Assembly (NCBI GenBank): GCA_951406725.2
Contig: OX597832.1
Location: 58,714,001-58,778,000 of the forward strand
From: Octopus vulgaris
Taxonomy: Eukaryota
Direction of reading: 5' to 3'
DNA: 64,000 bases
The notes below the pieces were generated by a model. That model saw nothing but the letters and a program-made list of their open reading frames with translations, was not told where the DNA came from and did no database searches. Shown here one piece after another: positions 13,131 to 25,054 of this stretch. The stretch's first letter is position 1. Each line of letters opens with the position of its first letter. A program made the position numbers and the translations under genes.

Positions 13131-14282
13131 ACAGTTATTTAAACTTATACTGATTTGATATCGCAGCAGGAAACAGCTAACAAAGAAAATTTGAAATGAA
13201 ATTACGAAGCTATTTTTGTCCATTTACTTTTCAAACTCGACAGAAAATGTATAAGTTTCGTGTAATTTTATGAGATTACTTGTATGATATTACAGTACCA
13301 TGAAGAAAAAGAAGCGAATGTATTTTATCAATCCAACAGAAGCGTTTTCCTTAATAAGGTATGCGCAAAAGAATTTTAACTTATCCCTCCATATATGGAA
13401 GGTCATTCTAGGCATGTGGCATGTGCAGAACTCTGAAAGTCAGAATTGTTGCAGAACAAAGTCTGGATTTCGAATAAACAGCAAATATCAGTGTTATGTG
13501 TTAAGTACGGTTCTTAACCATTGGTAAATGGAACCTCGCGCACGCACACACACACACGCAAGCACACACACACACACACACTTGCTCTCTCTCTCTCATT
13601 CATACACACAGTCACTCTCTCACACACGCACAGTCACACTCACACAGGCACTTACACAGACTCACATATTCCCTCACACACTCACACGCACACCCAACCA
13701 CACACACATTCACACACTGACGCACACACACATACTCGCACACACTTACACATACACACATATAGAGAGCAAAGAATATATTTAATACGAAGAATTGGTA
13801 CAAAAAAGATAAAAAGTGTGCATTAACTTTACGCTTAAAAGAAAAATAGAAGGAAAAGCCTGTTATATTTCGAGTAGATGCTCTTCATCTGAAAGAACAG
13901 ACGAAATGACCGGAAATGGTAAAGATAATACTTTGGGCGTGAGTGTCATGGGAGACATCTGCGAGCCTGGCATGTGTGTGCGAGTGTGCGTGTGTGCGTG
14001 GGTATGTATGTGTGTGTGTGAAGCTATTCTGAGCGTATATACTGTATGTGTTTGTGAATATGTGTGTGACGCTGTTTTGAGTGTCATACTGCACTGTCAT
14101 GTTAAATGTGTGTCCGAGAATATTTATAAATATATAAATATTTCACGTAGGCATTGTGAGACTAACAATCTGGTGTAGAACTCAATGGACGTAGGCTTCA
14201 GCATGAAGCATTTGTTGAGTACAGAGCGGTAATAAGAAAATAATATGAAAAAGGAATAAATTATTATCTTATGAACACCATT

Positions 14283-14363
14283 CGCTTACAGCTGTTTCTG
14301 CTCTAAGACGCAGTGGACTCATATTCGAAAGCCTGAGTAACTGCTTATAGCTTCTTCGGGGCC
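14283..14363 (-). ncRNA. Type I hammerhead ribozyme motif, PLE type, long stem II (degenerate)
   Basis: Minus strand: CCGAAGA A GCT ATAAG CAGT TACTCA ...TGAGT CC ACTG CGT CTTA G AGC A GAAAC AGCT GTA. Palindromic stem III ACAGCTGT and GUA site; core U4 is mutated to C and stem I is weak. Confidence 0.6.
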
Positions 14364-14406
14364 ATCAATATGAAATGCATTTTAATTGAGAAAATAATTA
14401 CATTTA

Positions 14407-14487
<81 letters not shown>

Positions 14488-14489
<2 letters not shown>

Positions 14490-14726
14490 CCATGGCTGAG
14501 GAAAGGAGAGCACAGCTGTGGTCAGACAGGCAGGACAGGAGGAGGACAACTGCAGCAACACCCCACACGTACCCATCGATGTTCGTGTCCAGCAACTGTA
14601 CCAGGGACTGCCACTCTAGAATTGGACTGTTCAGTCACAGCAGATGCTGCTCATCATCAAAGTAGGCCCCACCCTTGGCGCGACCCATTGTCTATCAAGA
14701 CAGACGGGAGAAAAGAAGAAGAAGAA

Positions 14727-14729
<3 letters not shown>
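14488..14729 (+). mobile_element. 5'-truncated LINE 3' end (RTE-like) with (GAA)n tail inserted in (TA)n
   Basis: GC-richer 240-bp block between two (TA)n runs, ending in gaagaagaagaagaa. Clade is inferred from the tail only. Confidence 0.5.
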
Positions 14730-14776
<47 letters not shown>

Positions 14777-14778
<2 letters not shown>

Positions 14779-14968
14779 CGGGAAGGTTTACGAAAATAAA
14801 CAAAAGACGAAGGAAGGTGGAGTACGAACAAACTAATGTATTAGTATGGCGCTCAGGAATAGAAATAGAACAAGTCTTTTACGTTTCAAGCCTACGCTCT
14901 TCGACAGAAAGATACACAGAAAAAAACAAGGAGAGAAAAAAAAGCGTGTAGGAGCTAACGATCTATCA
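14777..14968 (-). mobile_element. Short hammerhead-bearing TA-associated element (family H1), copy 1
   Basis: Homologous to 18578-18724 and, on the opposite strand, to 47288-47484. TA repeats on both sides. Confidence 0.75.
14875..14912 (-). ncRNA. Minimal type I hammerhead ribozyme motif
   Basis: TCTTT CTGTCGA A GAGC GTAG GCTT GAAAC GTA AAAGA. 5-bp stem I, 4-bp stem II, loopless palindromic ACGT stem III; core A6 is mutated to T. Confidence 0.65.
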
Positions 14969-14979
14969 ATATATATATT

Positions 14980-15720
14980 AGACAAAAAGAGATAACAAAA
15001 TCTAGGCGGTGACGAGTTTTCAGGACATTTATAAGGAAAGAGATGAAGATATAGTCTTATAGCCTTTTCTGAGATATTATGGATATCCCTTCATCATAGA
15101 CGACGTAACATGGTTAATTGGAGGTAAATATTTGAGTTCGAAATAAGGAATTATTATGGAAAAGGAGGAGATAGGGAATATAGAAGGAAATGAGAGAATG
15201 AAAGTAGAAATAAAATATAAAATATATAAATATATTGTAGATGCAGTTCTATTATTCGAAGAACATGGTATAAAGAAGTGGTAAAAATTTTCCTGTATAT
15301 GGTAAGTTCCAGTAGCAGTTCATGTTTAGTCATTTCAAAGTATGGAACCGTGGATGCTATTTTGTTCATTCGAAGGGATTTTGTGGTGTGAATATATAGA
15401 TTGTGTGTAAGGACAAAACAATGCGAAGTAAATGCAAGGTAAATCAGAAGAAAACAGATACGTGAATTAATGTAGGCTTAACTTGTATTCAATATTTTGA
15501 GGTTATGAGTCCCTTTCCCAGAAATTGACGAATGCTGCAAATGTGCGCGTGATCAACTATATACGCGTATATAGATGATCAAAGCCGGATGGATTCATTA
15601 TTTCTTTTCTCTTTACCTGCGTGAGTTGGGAGTATTGCTGTCTGGGAGATATCTTATGGTAGTGGAATAGCATTTAACTGGTATTTCTAAATTTCGGTCT
15701 GTGGTGAAGTAATTTTGCTG
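14980..15720 (-). mobile_element. Penelope-like element 3' remnant
   Basis: Minus strand reads ...YLPDSNTPNSRR*REKKIMNPSGFD, resembling a GIY-YIG C-terminus (RxxRE...PxGLN). It is followed by a 3' UTR with the hammerhead motif. Confidence 0.4.
15054..15101 (-). ncRNA. Degenerate type I hammerhead ribozyme motif
   Basis: GTCT ATGATGA A GGGATAT CCATA ATATCTC A GAAA AGGCT ATA AGAC. Stem I GTCT/AGAC, 7-bp stem II; C3 is mutated to A and stem III is decayed. Confidence 0.6.
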
Positions 15721-15753
15721 AACCCTAATTATAATTATGCTTATAATTATAGA

Positions 15754-15809
<56 letters not shown>

Positions 15810-16628
15810 GGAAAAGCAATACCAGTGAGAAAGCAAATTGCTTTTATTTTCACGTTCGCTACGTATTGTACACGGATTTCCTTGTTCTTACACGACATAT
15901 GCACAAAGAGACATACACACAAACACACGTACACAAATACAATCACACTCACACAGACAAGCATTCTCACATACACATGTGTGCGCGTGTGTTTGGCGTG
16001 GGAGCATGTTTATGTCTGCCTCAGTAAACTTGTGTGTACGAAACCATCACCATATACTTTATAGCATATCTCTCTAACGTTTCTATATAAGCATATACAA
16101 TTTTAGCAGAATTTCACAATTCCATTTAAATCATTATTAACTATGACGTCACGCATTCAAAGATTTACTAATCAACCTACACGTTTGATATTTCTTGCTG
16201 TTCTCCTCTACGATATTCGTGCGTGGCGGCCATTCACTTCAGTATCACGTGAACAGAACAACGACCGTTTGTGTTACTCGATACGACATTTCGATTTCTC
16301 GTTCAAAATTTATGTCGACATCTCAGATACGGATTCATTTGCACAGAGACACTGTTAATTTATGAATGAGTAATAAAATATATTACCGGATTTTAACACC
16401 GTTGCAATACGGATTGCAGTAGAAGCAGCAACAGCACCAGCAATTTAACAAGACTTCTAATTCTGCGTTGTTGTAGATGACGTTTGTTTAATTAAGAATT
16501 CTGCTTCTTACTTATGTGGTTCAACGTTCGATTTCATGTTGGGTAACGTTGGGCAATTGTCTTCTGATAAAAGCTTTGATTGGGCTAATCCAACTTGAAA
16601 GGAATTGTTTGATAAAATCCTACTGTTT

Positions 16629-16674
<46 letters not shown>

Positions 16675-16676
<2 letters not shown>

Positions 16677-17070
16677 TCTTTTACTCTTTTACTTGTTTCA
16701 GTCATTTGACTGTGGCCATGCTGGAGCACCACCTTTAATCAAGCAAATCGACCCCGGGACTTATTCTTTGTAAGCCCAGTACTTATTCTATCAGTCTCTT
16801 TTGCAGAACCGCTAAATGACGGGGACGTAAACACACCAGCATCGGTTGTCAAGCGATGCGAGGGGGACAAACACAGACACACAAACACGCACACACATAT
16901 ATATACATATATACATATATACGACGGGCTTCTTTCAGTTTCCGTCTACCAAATCCACTCACAAGGCTTTGGTCGGCCCGGGGCTATAGCAGAAGACACT
17001 TGCCCATGATGCCACGCAGTGGGACTGAACCCGGAACCATGTGGTTGGTTAGCAAGCTACTTACCACACA
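16675..17070 (-). mobile_element. SINE family A
   Basis: Near-consensus copy between (TA)n runs. Confidence 0.9.
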
Positions 17071-17072
17071 GA

Positions 17073-17140
<68 letters not shown>

Positions 17141-17180
17141 CATACAAACATACATAAATATATAAACATACATATACATA

Positions 17181-18338
17181 TTGGGTTGGCAAGAAAATAA
17201 TTTAGTGTGAAATGAAAGACAATTTTTTCATACAAAGAATGAACTTTAAGCAATTATCTATTTTCCAGTTTGTTCCATGACTTGTTGCCAACTTCATGAT
17301 TCTTCGCTCATAGGACTTCTCGTTCCAATCAGCCAAAACCTGAAGCAAGTGCGATTTCAGGTCATCATCATTATTGGAATCTGATGGTACAAGGTTAGGG
17401 CTATATGGTGGATGTGACATCGCTTCCTAACCAAGCTCCAATAATTTTTCATGTGTTAGCAAAGACGTGCGCGTAGGCTATCGTTGTATGGTGGAACACG
17501 ATTCTTTTACAATTTGCTAGTTCTGACCTTTTTTCTTTGATAGCTGCCTTCAGTCTCATTAGTTGTTGACAGTAAACATCCGAATTGATCGTTTGGTTTC
17601 TTGGAAGCAGCTCAAAATATACAACACCTTTGTAATCCCAGCAAATTGAGAGCATGACCAATTTTTGATGCAATTCAGTTTTCGATGGGGCTTGTGCTGG
17701 TTCATTACACTTGGGCCGTTTTCAGTTGATATTATTTTAGACAATCCATTTTTCATCACCGATGATGATTCGTTTCAAGAAAGGACGATATCACTGCGTT
17801 TGAGATGCATATCGCAAATATTAATTCGTTGTGTTAAGCTTCTTAAAGAGTCCAAGACATTTTATATGATTTTCAATTGTTGTGTGTGATACATTTAAAA
17901 TCTCTGCAATCTCTCGCACAGCCATATGGCAATCGGATTCAATTATGGTTTTGATTCGGACATTATCAACTTCAGTACGTCGACCACAACGTTAAACTCA
18001 TCTTTGAGTGAAGAATCTCCAAAACTGAATTTTTTAAAATCCATTTCTGACACGTGCATTCTGTTAAGCAATCAACGGCATAAACTTCACATACCTCTTT
18101 GTGAGCCTCGGCAGCTTCCTCGCTTTTACAGAAATGAAAAAGCAAAATATATGCACTCCGTGTTAAAATTGACGCTGAACTAACAACTGTAAACAAAATT
18201 ATGCGCAATTTGTTTTTAAAGTAAGCTAAAAGTAACGGCTATCAAATTTCAAAAGGATAAAATCATAACACAGAAAACATTAAAACGTCGTAACTCTGTC
18301 TATTTGTGAAAAATAAAATTACTTTATTGCCAACCCAA
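17181..18338 (-). mobile_element. Mariner (DD34D) transposon, full length, decayed transposase
   Basis: TIRs ttgggttggcaagaaaataattt / aaattactttattgccaacccaa with TA on both sides. Fragments ILLFHFCKSEEAAEAHKEVCEVY, KLVMLSICWDYKGVVYFELLPRNQTINSDVYCQQL and HPPYSPNLVPSD (YSPDLAP motif). Confidence 0.95.
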
Positions 18339-18496
18339 TACATTTAGGTATGTATGTACGTATGTATGTATGTATGTATGTATGTATGTATGTATGTATG
18401 TATGTATGTATGTATGTATGTTTGTATGTATGTATGCACGTACGTATGTATGTATGTATGTATGTATGTATGTATGTATGTATGTATGTATGTATG

Positions 18497-18577
<81 letters not shown>

Positions 18578-18581
<4 letters not shown>

Positions 18582-18724
18582 AGAGTTTACGAAAAAGACA
18601 AAAGACAAAACAAACAGATGTATTAGTGTAACGCTCAGGAATTGAAAAAGTATTTTACGTTTCGAGCCTACGCTCTTCTACAGAAAGGGACGCAGGAAAA
18701 ACAAGGAGAGAAAAAAGGAGAGAA
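18578..18724 (-). mobile_element. Short hammerhead-bearing TA-associated element (family H1), copy 2
   Basis: Aligns with 14777-14945; (TA)n on both sides. Confidence 0.75.
18653..18686 (-). ncRNA. Minimal type I hammerhead ribozyme motif
   Basis: TTT CTGTAGA A GAGC GTAG GCTC GAAAC GTA AAA. Perfect stem II and ACGT palindromic stem III; core A6 is mutated to T. Confidence 0.6.
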
Positions 18725-18730
18725 TATATA

Positions 18731-19117
18731 TTCTCTTTTACTCTTTTACTTGTTTCAGTCATTTGACTGCGGTCATGCTGGAGCACCGCCTTTAGTCGAG
18801 CAAATCGACCCCGGGACTTATTCTTTGTAAGCCCAGTACCTATTCTATCGGTCTCTTTTGCCGAACCGCTAAGTGACGGGTTCAATGCTAGGGGGACAAA
18901 CACAGACACATAAACACATACAAACACACATATATATATATACATACATATATACGACAGGCTTCTTTCAGCTTCCGTCTACCAAATCCACTCACAAGGC
19001 ATTGGTCGGCCCGGAGCTATAGCAGAGGACACTTGCCCAAGATGCCACGCAGTGGGACTGAAACCGGAACCATGTGGTTGGTTAGCAAGCTACTTACCAC
19101 ACAGCCACTCTTGCGCC
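18731..19117 (-). mobile_element. SINE family A
   Basis: Near-consensus with a small internal deletion. Confidence 0.9.
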
Positions 19118-19874
19118 TGTATGTATGTATATGTTTGATCCTGTGAAGTTGAACAGATGATCTGGACGATAACTGCTGAGGTATTAGCAACTGCTGAAGT
19201 ATTGAAGGTACTAGCAACTTCTAGAGTTCTAGTTAGAGGTTAACTACCAAGTGAAACACAAGGAGGCAAGGATCCCTATTTATCGTCAGAACTTCCTTCT
19301 AATAGATGGGAAAAACGTATATATATATATATGTACGTCCTGTGCGTAAAGTTGCGAATTTTCCGTTTGTTCCCTTGTTGCGTTTCTGTTCAATACATAT
19401 ATATCGATATAATCGAGATACTATCATAAAGTTCCATGACTAGTCATGTTTGATTAAAAAATAACTTATTTACCTAAGTTTTAACATCAGCTCCTTCGGA
19501 GTAGTCACCGTGCGCAGCATGCAATCTTTTATAATCTCTGATATAACGATAAGTTATTGCACATTAATTAAGGATGTTCGCTCTCTCCAAGATCACATAT
19601 TCGGCCATACTTTGCTCCAAACGGATTTCTGTGTCCGGTTGCTCAAATAATAGGTATGGAACTCAAAGCATATCTTGGGCACAAGATTTGGACACTCCTT
19701 ATCAATGGCCCATAGATTTCTTCTTTCTATGTATGTACGTACGTATGTATGTATGTATGTATGTATGTATGTATGTATGTATGTATGTATGTATGTATGT
19801 ATGTATGTATGAATGTATGTATGAATGTATGTATGTATGTATGTTTGTATGTATGTATGTATGTATGTATGTTG

Positions 19875-20170
19875 AGGCACATGGCCTAGTGGTTAGAGCA
19901 GCGGACTCGCGGTCGAAGGTTCGCGGGCGCGAATCTCAGGCCGGGTGATGTGTGTTTATGAGCGAAACACCTAAGCTCCACGCGGCTCCGGCAGAAGGTA
20001 ATGGCGAACATCTGCTGACTCTTTCGCCATAACTTCCTCTCACTCTTTCCTCTTGCATCTTGCAGATCACCTGCGACGGACCGGCGTCCCGTGCACGTGG
20101 GGAACCTACACGCGAAGGAAACCGGGAAACCAGCCCTTATGAGCCAGGCGTGGCTCGAGAAGGAACAAAC
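19875..20170 (+). mobile_element. tRNA-derived SINE family C
   Basis: Head ggcacatggcctagtggttagagcagcggactcgcggtcg...cgaatctcag has A/B boxes. Related copy on the minus strand at 57478-57773. Possibly related to the tRNA-Arg-derived octopus OR/OK SINEs. Confidence 0.8.
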
Positions 20171-20649
20171 TGCATGCATGTATGAATGTATGTATGTATG
20201 CATGCATGCATGTATGTATGTATGCATGCATGTATGTATGATTGATTGATTGATTCTAGTTTCAGCTTATGAGCTGTGGCCATGCTGGGGCACCGCCATT
20301 TGTATATATGTATCTATACCGCCATCGCATATAGATGTGTCTCTATCTTTTAATGTGAGACGACTACCACCTCAGAGGATGAGGCAATCATCATATATAT
20401 TATCATGTGTGTATATCTGTATATAAGTATGCGTATACACATGTATGTGTGTATGTATGTATCTATGTAAGTGAGTGTGTATTGATGTAAGCAGATATGT
20501 ATGTATATGCATAAGAGAGGGACAGAATAAGATGAAAGAATTACTAGACCCGATTCATTCGACAAGAAGTTTATCAAGGTAGTGCTCCAGCATGGCCGCA
20601 CTCGAATGACATGTCTGCCTTACGTGTGTGTCTATATATACACGTGGAG

Positions 20650-22040
20650 TCCAAATTTTGGAGCTTCCTGCTGATTACTCAATATATTTAATCTATAAAT
20701 CTTCACACAATGTCGACCTCAGCGGAATTTGAATTCAGAACATAAAGACAGACGAAATACTACTAAGCATTTCGCCCTACGAGCTAAAGTTTCTGTTAGC
20801 TCGCCGCCATAATATACTTTTCTACACTAGGCACAAGGCTAGAAATGTTGGGGGGAGAGTCCCAGTCGATTAGATCGACCCCATTACGCAACTGGTACTT
20901 AATTTAACGACACCGAAAGGATTAATGGTAACGTTGACTTCGGTGGATTTGAATTCAGAGCGTAAAGACTGACGAAGTATTGCTAGGCATTTCGCCCGAC
21001 GTGCTAACGTTTCTTATTTCTTTATTGCCCATAAGGGGCTAAACAGAGGGGACAAAGAAGGACAGACGAACGGATTAAGTCGATTATATCGACGCCAGTG
21101 CGTAACTGGTACTTAATTTATCGACCCCGAAAGGATGGAAGGCAAAGTCGACCTCGGTGGAATTTGAACTCAGAACGTAACGGCAGACGAAATACATATT
21201 TCTTTACTACCCACAAGGGGCTACACAGAGAGGGGACGAACAAGGACAGTCAAGCGGATTAAGTCGATTTTATCGACTCCAGTGTGTAACTGGTACTTAT
21301 TTAATCGACCCCGAAAGGATGAAAGGCAAAGTCGACCTCGGCGGAATTTGAACTCAGAACGTAACGGCAGAGGAAATACCGCTAAGCATTTCGCCCGGCG
21401 TGTTAACGTTTCTGCCAGCTCGCCGCCATAATGTTCCTTTGTACTCTAGGCACAAGGCCCGAAATTTTGGGGGATGGGGCCAGCAACTGGTACGCAACTG
21501 GTACGCAACTGGTACGCAACTGGTACTTAATTTATCGCCCCGGAAAGGATTAAAGGCAAAGTTGACCTCGGCGGAATTTCAACTCAGAACGTAGCGGCAG
21601 ACGAAATACCTATTTCTTTATTACCCACAAGGGGCTAAACACAGAGGGGACAAACAAGGACAGACATAGGTATTAAGTCGATTACATCGATCCCAGTGCG
21701 TAACTGGTACTCAATTTATCGACCCCGAAAGGATGAAAGGCAAAGTCGACCTCGGCGGAATTCGAACTCACAACGTAACGCAGACGAAATACCGCTAAGC
21801 ATTTCGCCCGGCGTGCTAACGTTTCTGCAAGCTCGCCTCCATAATATTCCTTTCTACTCTAGGCACAAGGCCCGAAATTTTGGTGGATGGGGCCAGCAAC
21901 TGGTACTTAATTTATCGCCCTGGAGAGGATGAAAGGCAAAGTCGACCTCGGCGGAATTTGAACTCAGAACGTAACGGCAGAGGAAATACCGCTGGGCATT
22001 TCGCCCTGCGCGCTAATGTTTCTGCCAGCTCGCCGCCTTA
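20650..22040 (-). mobile_element. Head-to-tail array of about 7-8 SINE family B units
   Basis: Repeated atcgaccccgaaaggatgaaaggcaaagtcgacctcggcggaatttgaactcagaacg with two alternative tails. Confidence 0.92.
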
Positions 22041-22496
22041 GAACAAATTATCTTTATTACTGTTACTGTTATTTCTGCGGAAAAAGCCCCAGACATAAAA
22101 CTGATGAAACCATCGTTTATCAAATATTCCTTCCATTTCACTCTGCCGTCCTTTTAAGTGTGTCGGCTCAACATATTAACTTTCTTTCCGTAAACTTTCG
22201 TTAAGTGTGAAAGAAATTATTGTTCGCCAGAAAGTTTACGCAACAGAGAAGATTAATATAGTGTGGCGACAGTCTTAAGCCACAAAGAGAAATGCGAACA
22301 ATAACTTTAGCTTAGGAATTTAACCAAAGTTACATCTATGGCACTGTCCAAGGAAATATCACCAATATAGGTAATTTATTGCGGAAAGAGTTTGAAATAA
22401 ATTGTTAAATGGAAAACCCTACTTACAGTTTTATTAATTCGTTTCAACTCAAACGCATACATGAAAGTAATACACACACACACACACATACATGTA

Positions 22497-22552
<56 letters not shown>

Positions 22553-23255
22553 TGTATGTATAAATATATATATATATATATATATTTACGGATATTTACA
22601 TGTGCATATATCTGTATATTATATGTATGTTCATATTATATATATATATATACATACATATATATATACATACACACCCATATATATATATATATATATG
22701 GAAAACATCTGTACAAGTTTCTGTCTCTTAAGTACGTGGTGGCTTTGAGCTGAATGTTTATTATAGGTATTTTCATATAGCCAGAAGATATTTTAGTCGC
22801 AGGCGTGGCTGTGTGGTAAGAAGTTTCTTTCGCAACTGCACGGTTCCAGGTTCAGCTCCACTGTACGTACGTGCACATATACGTACGTCCGTTTGTGTTT
22901 GCATATATTAGCGTTTACAATATGTGTGTGGGAATATCTTGCGTTCTCTTGTAGAGAAAATGACGTCATGTGGTTTAGACGTTTCAAAACTGGTAACAAG
23001 GAAATAGAAAAACCAAAACATTTCTAATACAAATTGAGCGAAAGGAGCAGATAGAATCCAGGTTTCATATGTTTACTAGCGAGCAGATTTTCGGAAGTAA
23101 TAATTATTCACTGAGCGGCGCTCCACTGGCTAATCCTCAGGTCGAAGATTCTCTTGATATATCACGGTGACAATGTCATTAAGAAATCTCGAGTTGACTC
23201 GCCGCAGATATGATTTAACGAAAACAGCAAAGAATCAATTTACACACTTTTTAAA

Positions 23256-23472
23256 CTCTTTTTAATTGTTTCATTCATTTGACTGTGGCCATGCTGGAGC
23301 ACCGCCTTCAGTTGACCAAATCGACCCCCAGGACTTATTCTTTGTAAACCTAGTTCTTATTCTATCGGTCTCTTTTGCCGAACCGCTAAGTTACGGGGAC
23401 GTAAACACACCAGTATCGGTTGTCAAGCGATGTTGTGGGGGTCAAACACAGGCACACAAACATATGCACTCA

Positions 23473-23538
<66 letters not shown>

Positions 23539-23539
23539 C

Positions 23540-23571
<32 letters not shown>

Positions 23572-23752
23572 ATATACATATACATATACATACATACGAC
23601 GGGCTTTTTTTCAGTTTCCGTCTACCAAATCCACTCACAAGGCTTTGGTCGGCTCGAGGATATAGTAGAAGACATTTGCCCAAGGTGCCACGAAGTGTAA
23701 CTGAACCCGGAACTATGTGGTTGGTAAGCAAGCTACTAACCACACTCCTACG
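23256..23752 (-). mobile_element. SINE family A with expanded internal (CA)/(TA) repeat
   Basis: Family consensus visible on both sides of the microsatellite. Confidence 0.9.
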
Positions 23753-23759
23753 CTTAAAA

Positions 23760-24240
23760 ATGGGCAATGAGGGTATGTCATATTTCAGGGGTTGTTACCC
23801 CTTCATCAGCACCCAACTAACTTAGTTTAAAAGTTCTGTGTAAATGAGATCGAATTCCTCGCTTTGTTCATTCCTCTGGTGCGTTACGTTAGTAATTCAC
23901 AAGTATATTTATCCTCATGACTTTGAGGCCAGTAAGTTCGGCAGAGTCATCATATCTTCTAAGAAGGTGCCCTCTCAGTTGTTCGTCAAATTATAGCCAT
24001 TTGAGGTAAAATTTTCGGCTAATTCCGTCAAACTACAGTTATTGTGCTTAACGTTATACGTATGCCCACTGGAACCAACAGAAATGCAAGTTGTGTTTGG
24101 TGCTTTCCGCTGCCTGCACCGAAAGGAAATCCTTACACACCCCAAAGGTAGTTTTATTGTTGTTAGAGGGGGTGGTTAATAGTTCTCGTATGTTTTTATT
24201 GCATCTAAATGTTACAATAGAGAGACGAGTGTATACTGTC
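23760..24240 (-). mobile_element. Penelope-like (Neptune-type) 3' remnant
   Basis: Minus strand gives ISVGSSGHTYNVKHNNCS and EDKYTCELLT*RTRGMNK (degenerate GIY-YIG C-terminal GxN end) about 50 nt upstream of the hammerhead. Confidence 0.55.
23771..23814 (-). ncRNA. Type I hammerhead ribozyme motif at a PLE 3' end
   Basis: GGGTG CTGATGA AGGGGT AACA ACCCCT GAAA TATGACA TACCC. Canonical CUGAUGA/GAAA, 5-bp stem I, perfect 6-bp stem II; position 16.1 is C instead of U. Confidence 0.75.
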
Positions 24241-24363
24241 AAAATATTAGTTCAATTCAATAAATAGAGCCAATCGCTATTACAAATCTGATAACTCTCT
24301 TTGTTCTTCGTCCCCTTCCTCCTCCTCCTCCTCTTCTTCTTCTTCTTCTTCTTCTTAATAATA

Positions 24364-24397
<34 letters not shown>

Positions 24398-24417
24398 CGA
24401 TCATGATGATGATGATG

Positions 24418-24463
<46 letters not shown>

Positions 24464-24465
<2 letters not shown>

Positions 24466-25018
24466 CCCTGATGCAGTACCAGGCAGTGGCTCTCATGGCT
24501 TCTGATCTTAACTGATTGGAAGTGTTATCATGTACATTGTTTTGTCTTGGTATAAAAGATGGGCTACAGCAAATATTCTGCTCAATACCACAGATTTGCT
24601 TGTCAGTTGTTTGACCTTAACCAGTTGAGCATGTCCCTTAGTGGCTGACGATATGTGCATCTCTGATCACGAGCAGAAGTAGTGGGGGAGCATCATAGCC
24701 ATGTGTTGAGAGGGATGCTTTGGGGTTTGAATAGTTCACCTCTGGAAACATGGGTGGTTCTTTCAACATCCTTAAACAACCCTTATTCGGGGACCGTTTG
24801 AGCGGGATGGGCTACTCAACCTGAAGAAAATTCAAACTGGGCCCCACCTGCAAGGTCATGTGCTGTTTATCTTGATATGAGATCACCATGTCGCGCACAT
24901 ATGGTTGTGATGCATGTGCCTGGTGTACCTTTATCAGACGGGTAGTCATGATGGGTATATTGGGCTTCGTATATTTTACCCCAGTGTCACTTTGATGGCA
25001 TGAACTGCTCTCTCACTC

Positions 25019-25019
<1 letters not shown>
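24464..25019 (+). mobile_element. ~555-bp non-coding element inserted in (TAA)n (probable non-autonomous R4/Dong-type partner)
   Basis: GC-richer block with sharp ends and (TAA)n on both sides; no long ORF. Family assignment is inferred from the target. Confidence 0.6.
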
Positions 25020-25050
<31 letters not shown>

Positions 25051-25054
25051 CAAC

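Noticed and set aside
13880-13944. Possible exon ending at a GTGAGT donor (CSSSERTDEMTGNGKDNTLG)
   Set aside because: No polypyrimidine tract at the acceptor and no recognisable homology.
19420-19725. Possible mariner end fragment
   Set aside because: It resembles mariner sub-terminal sequence, but I could not confirm a TIR pair or a clear peptide motif.
19875-19945. tRNA gene
   Set aside because: It has A/B boxes but no acceptor stem and continues into a repeated body, so it is a SINE head. The same applies at 31086 and 57773.
20650-22040. CRISPR-like repeat-spacer periodicity
   Set aside because: Eukaryotic DNA; the units are about 180-200-bp SINE monomers without unique spacers.
22954-23020. 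Apparent exon with acceptor and CRE site
   Set aside because: It translates as WFRRFKTGNKEIEKPK, resembling a mariner HTH fragment rather than a host exon.
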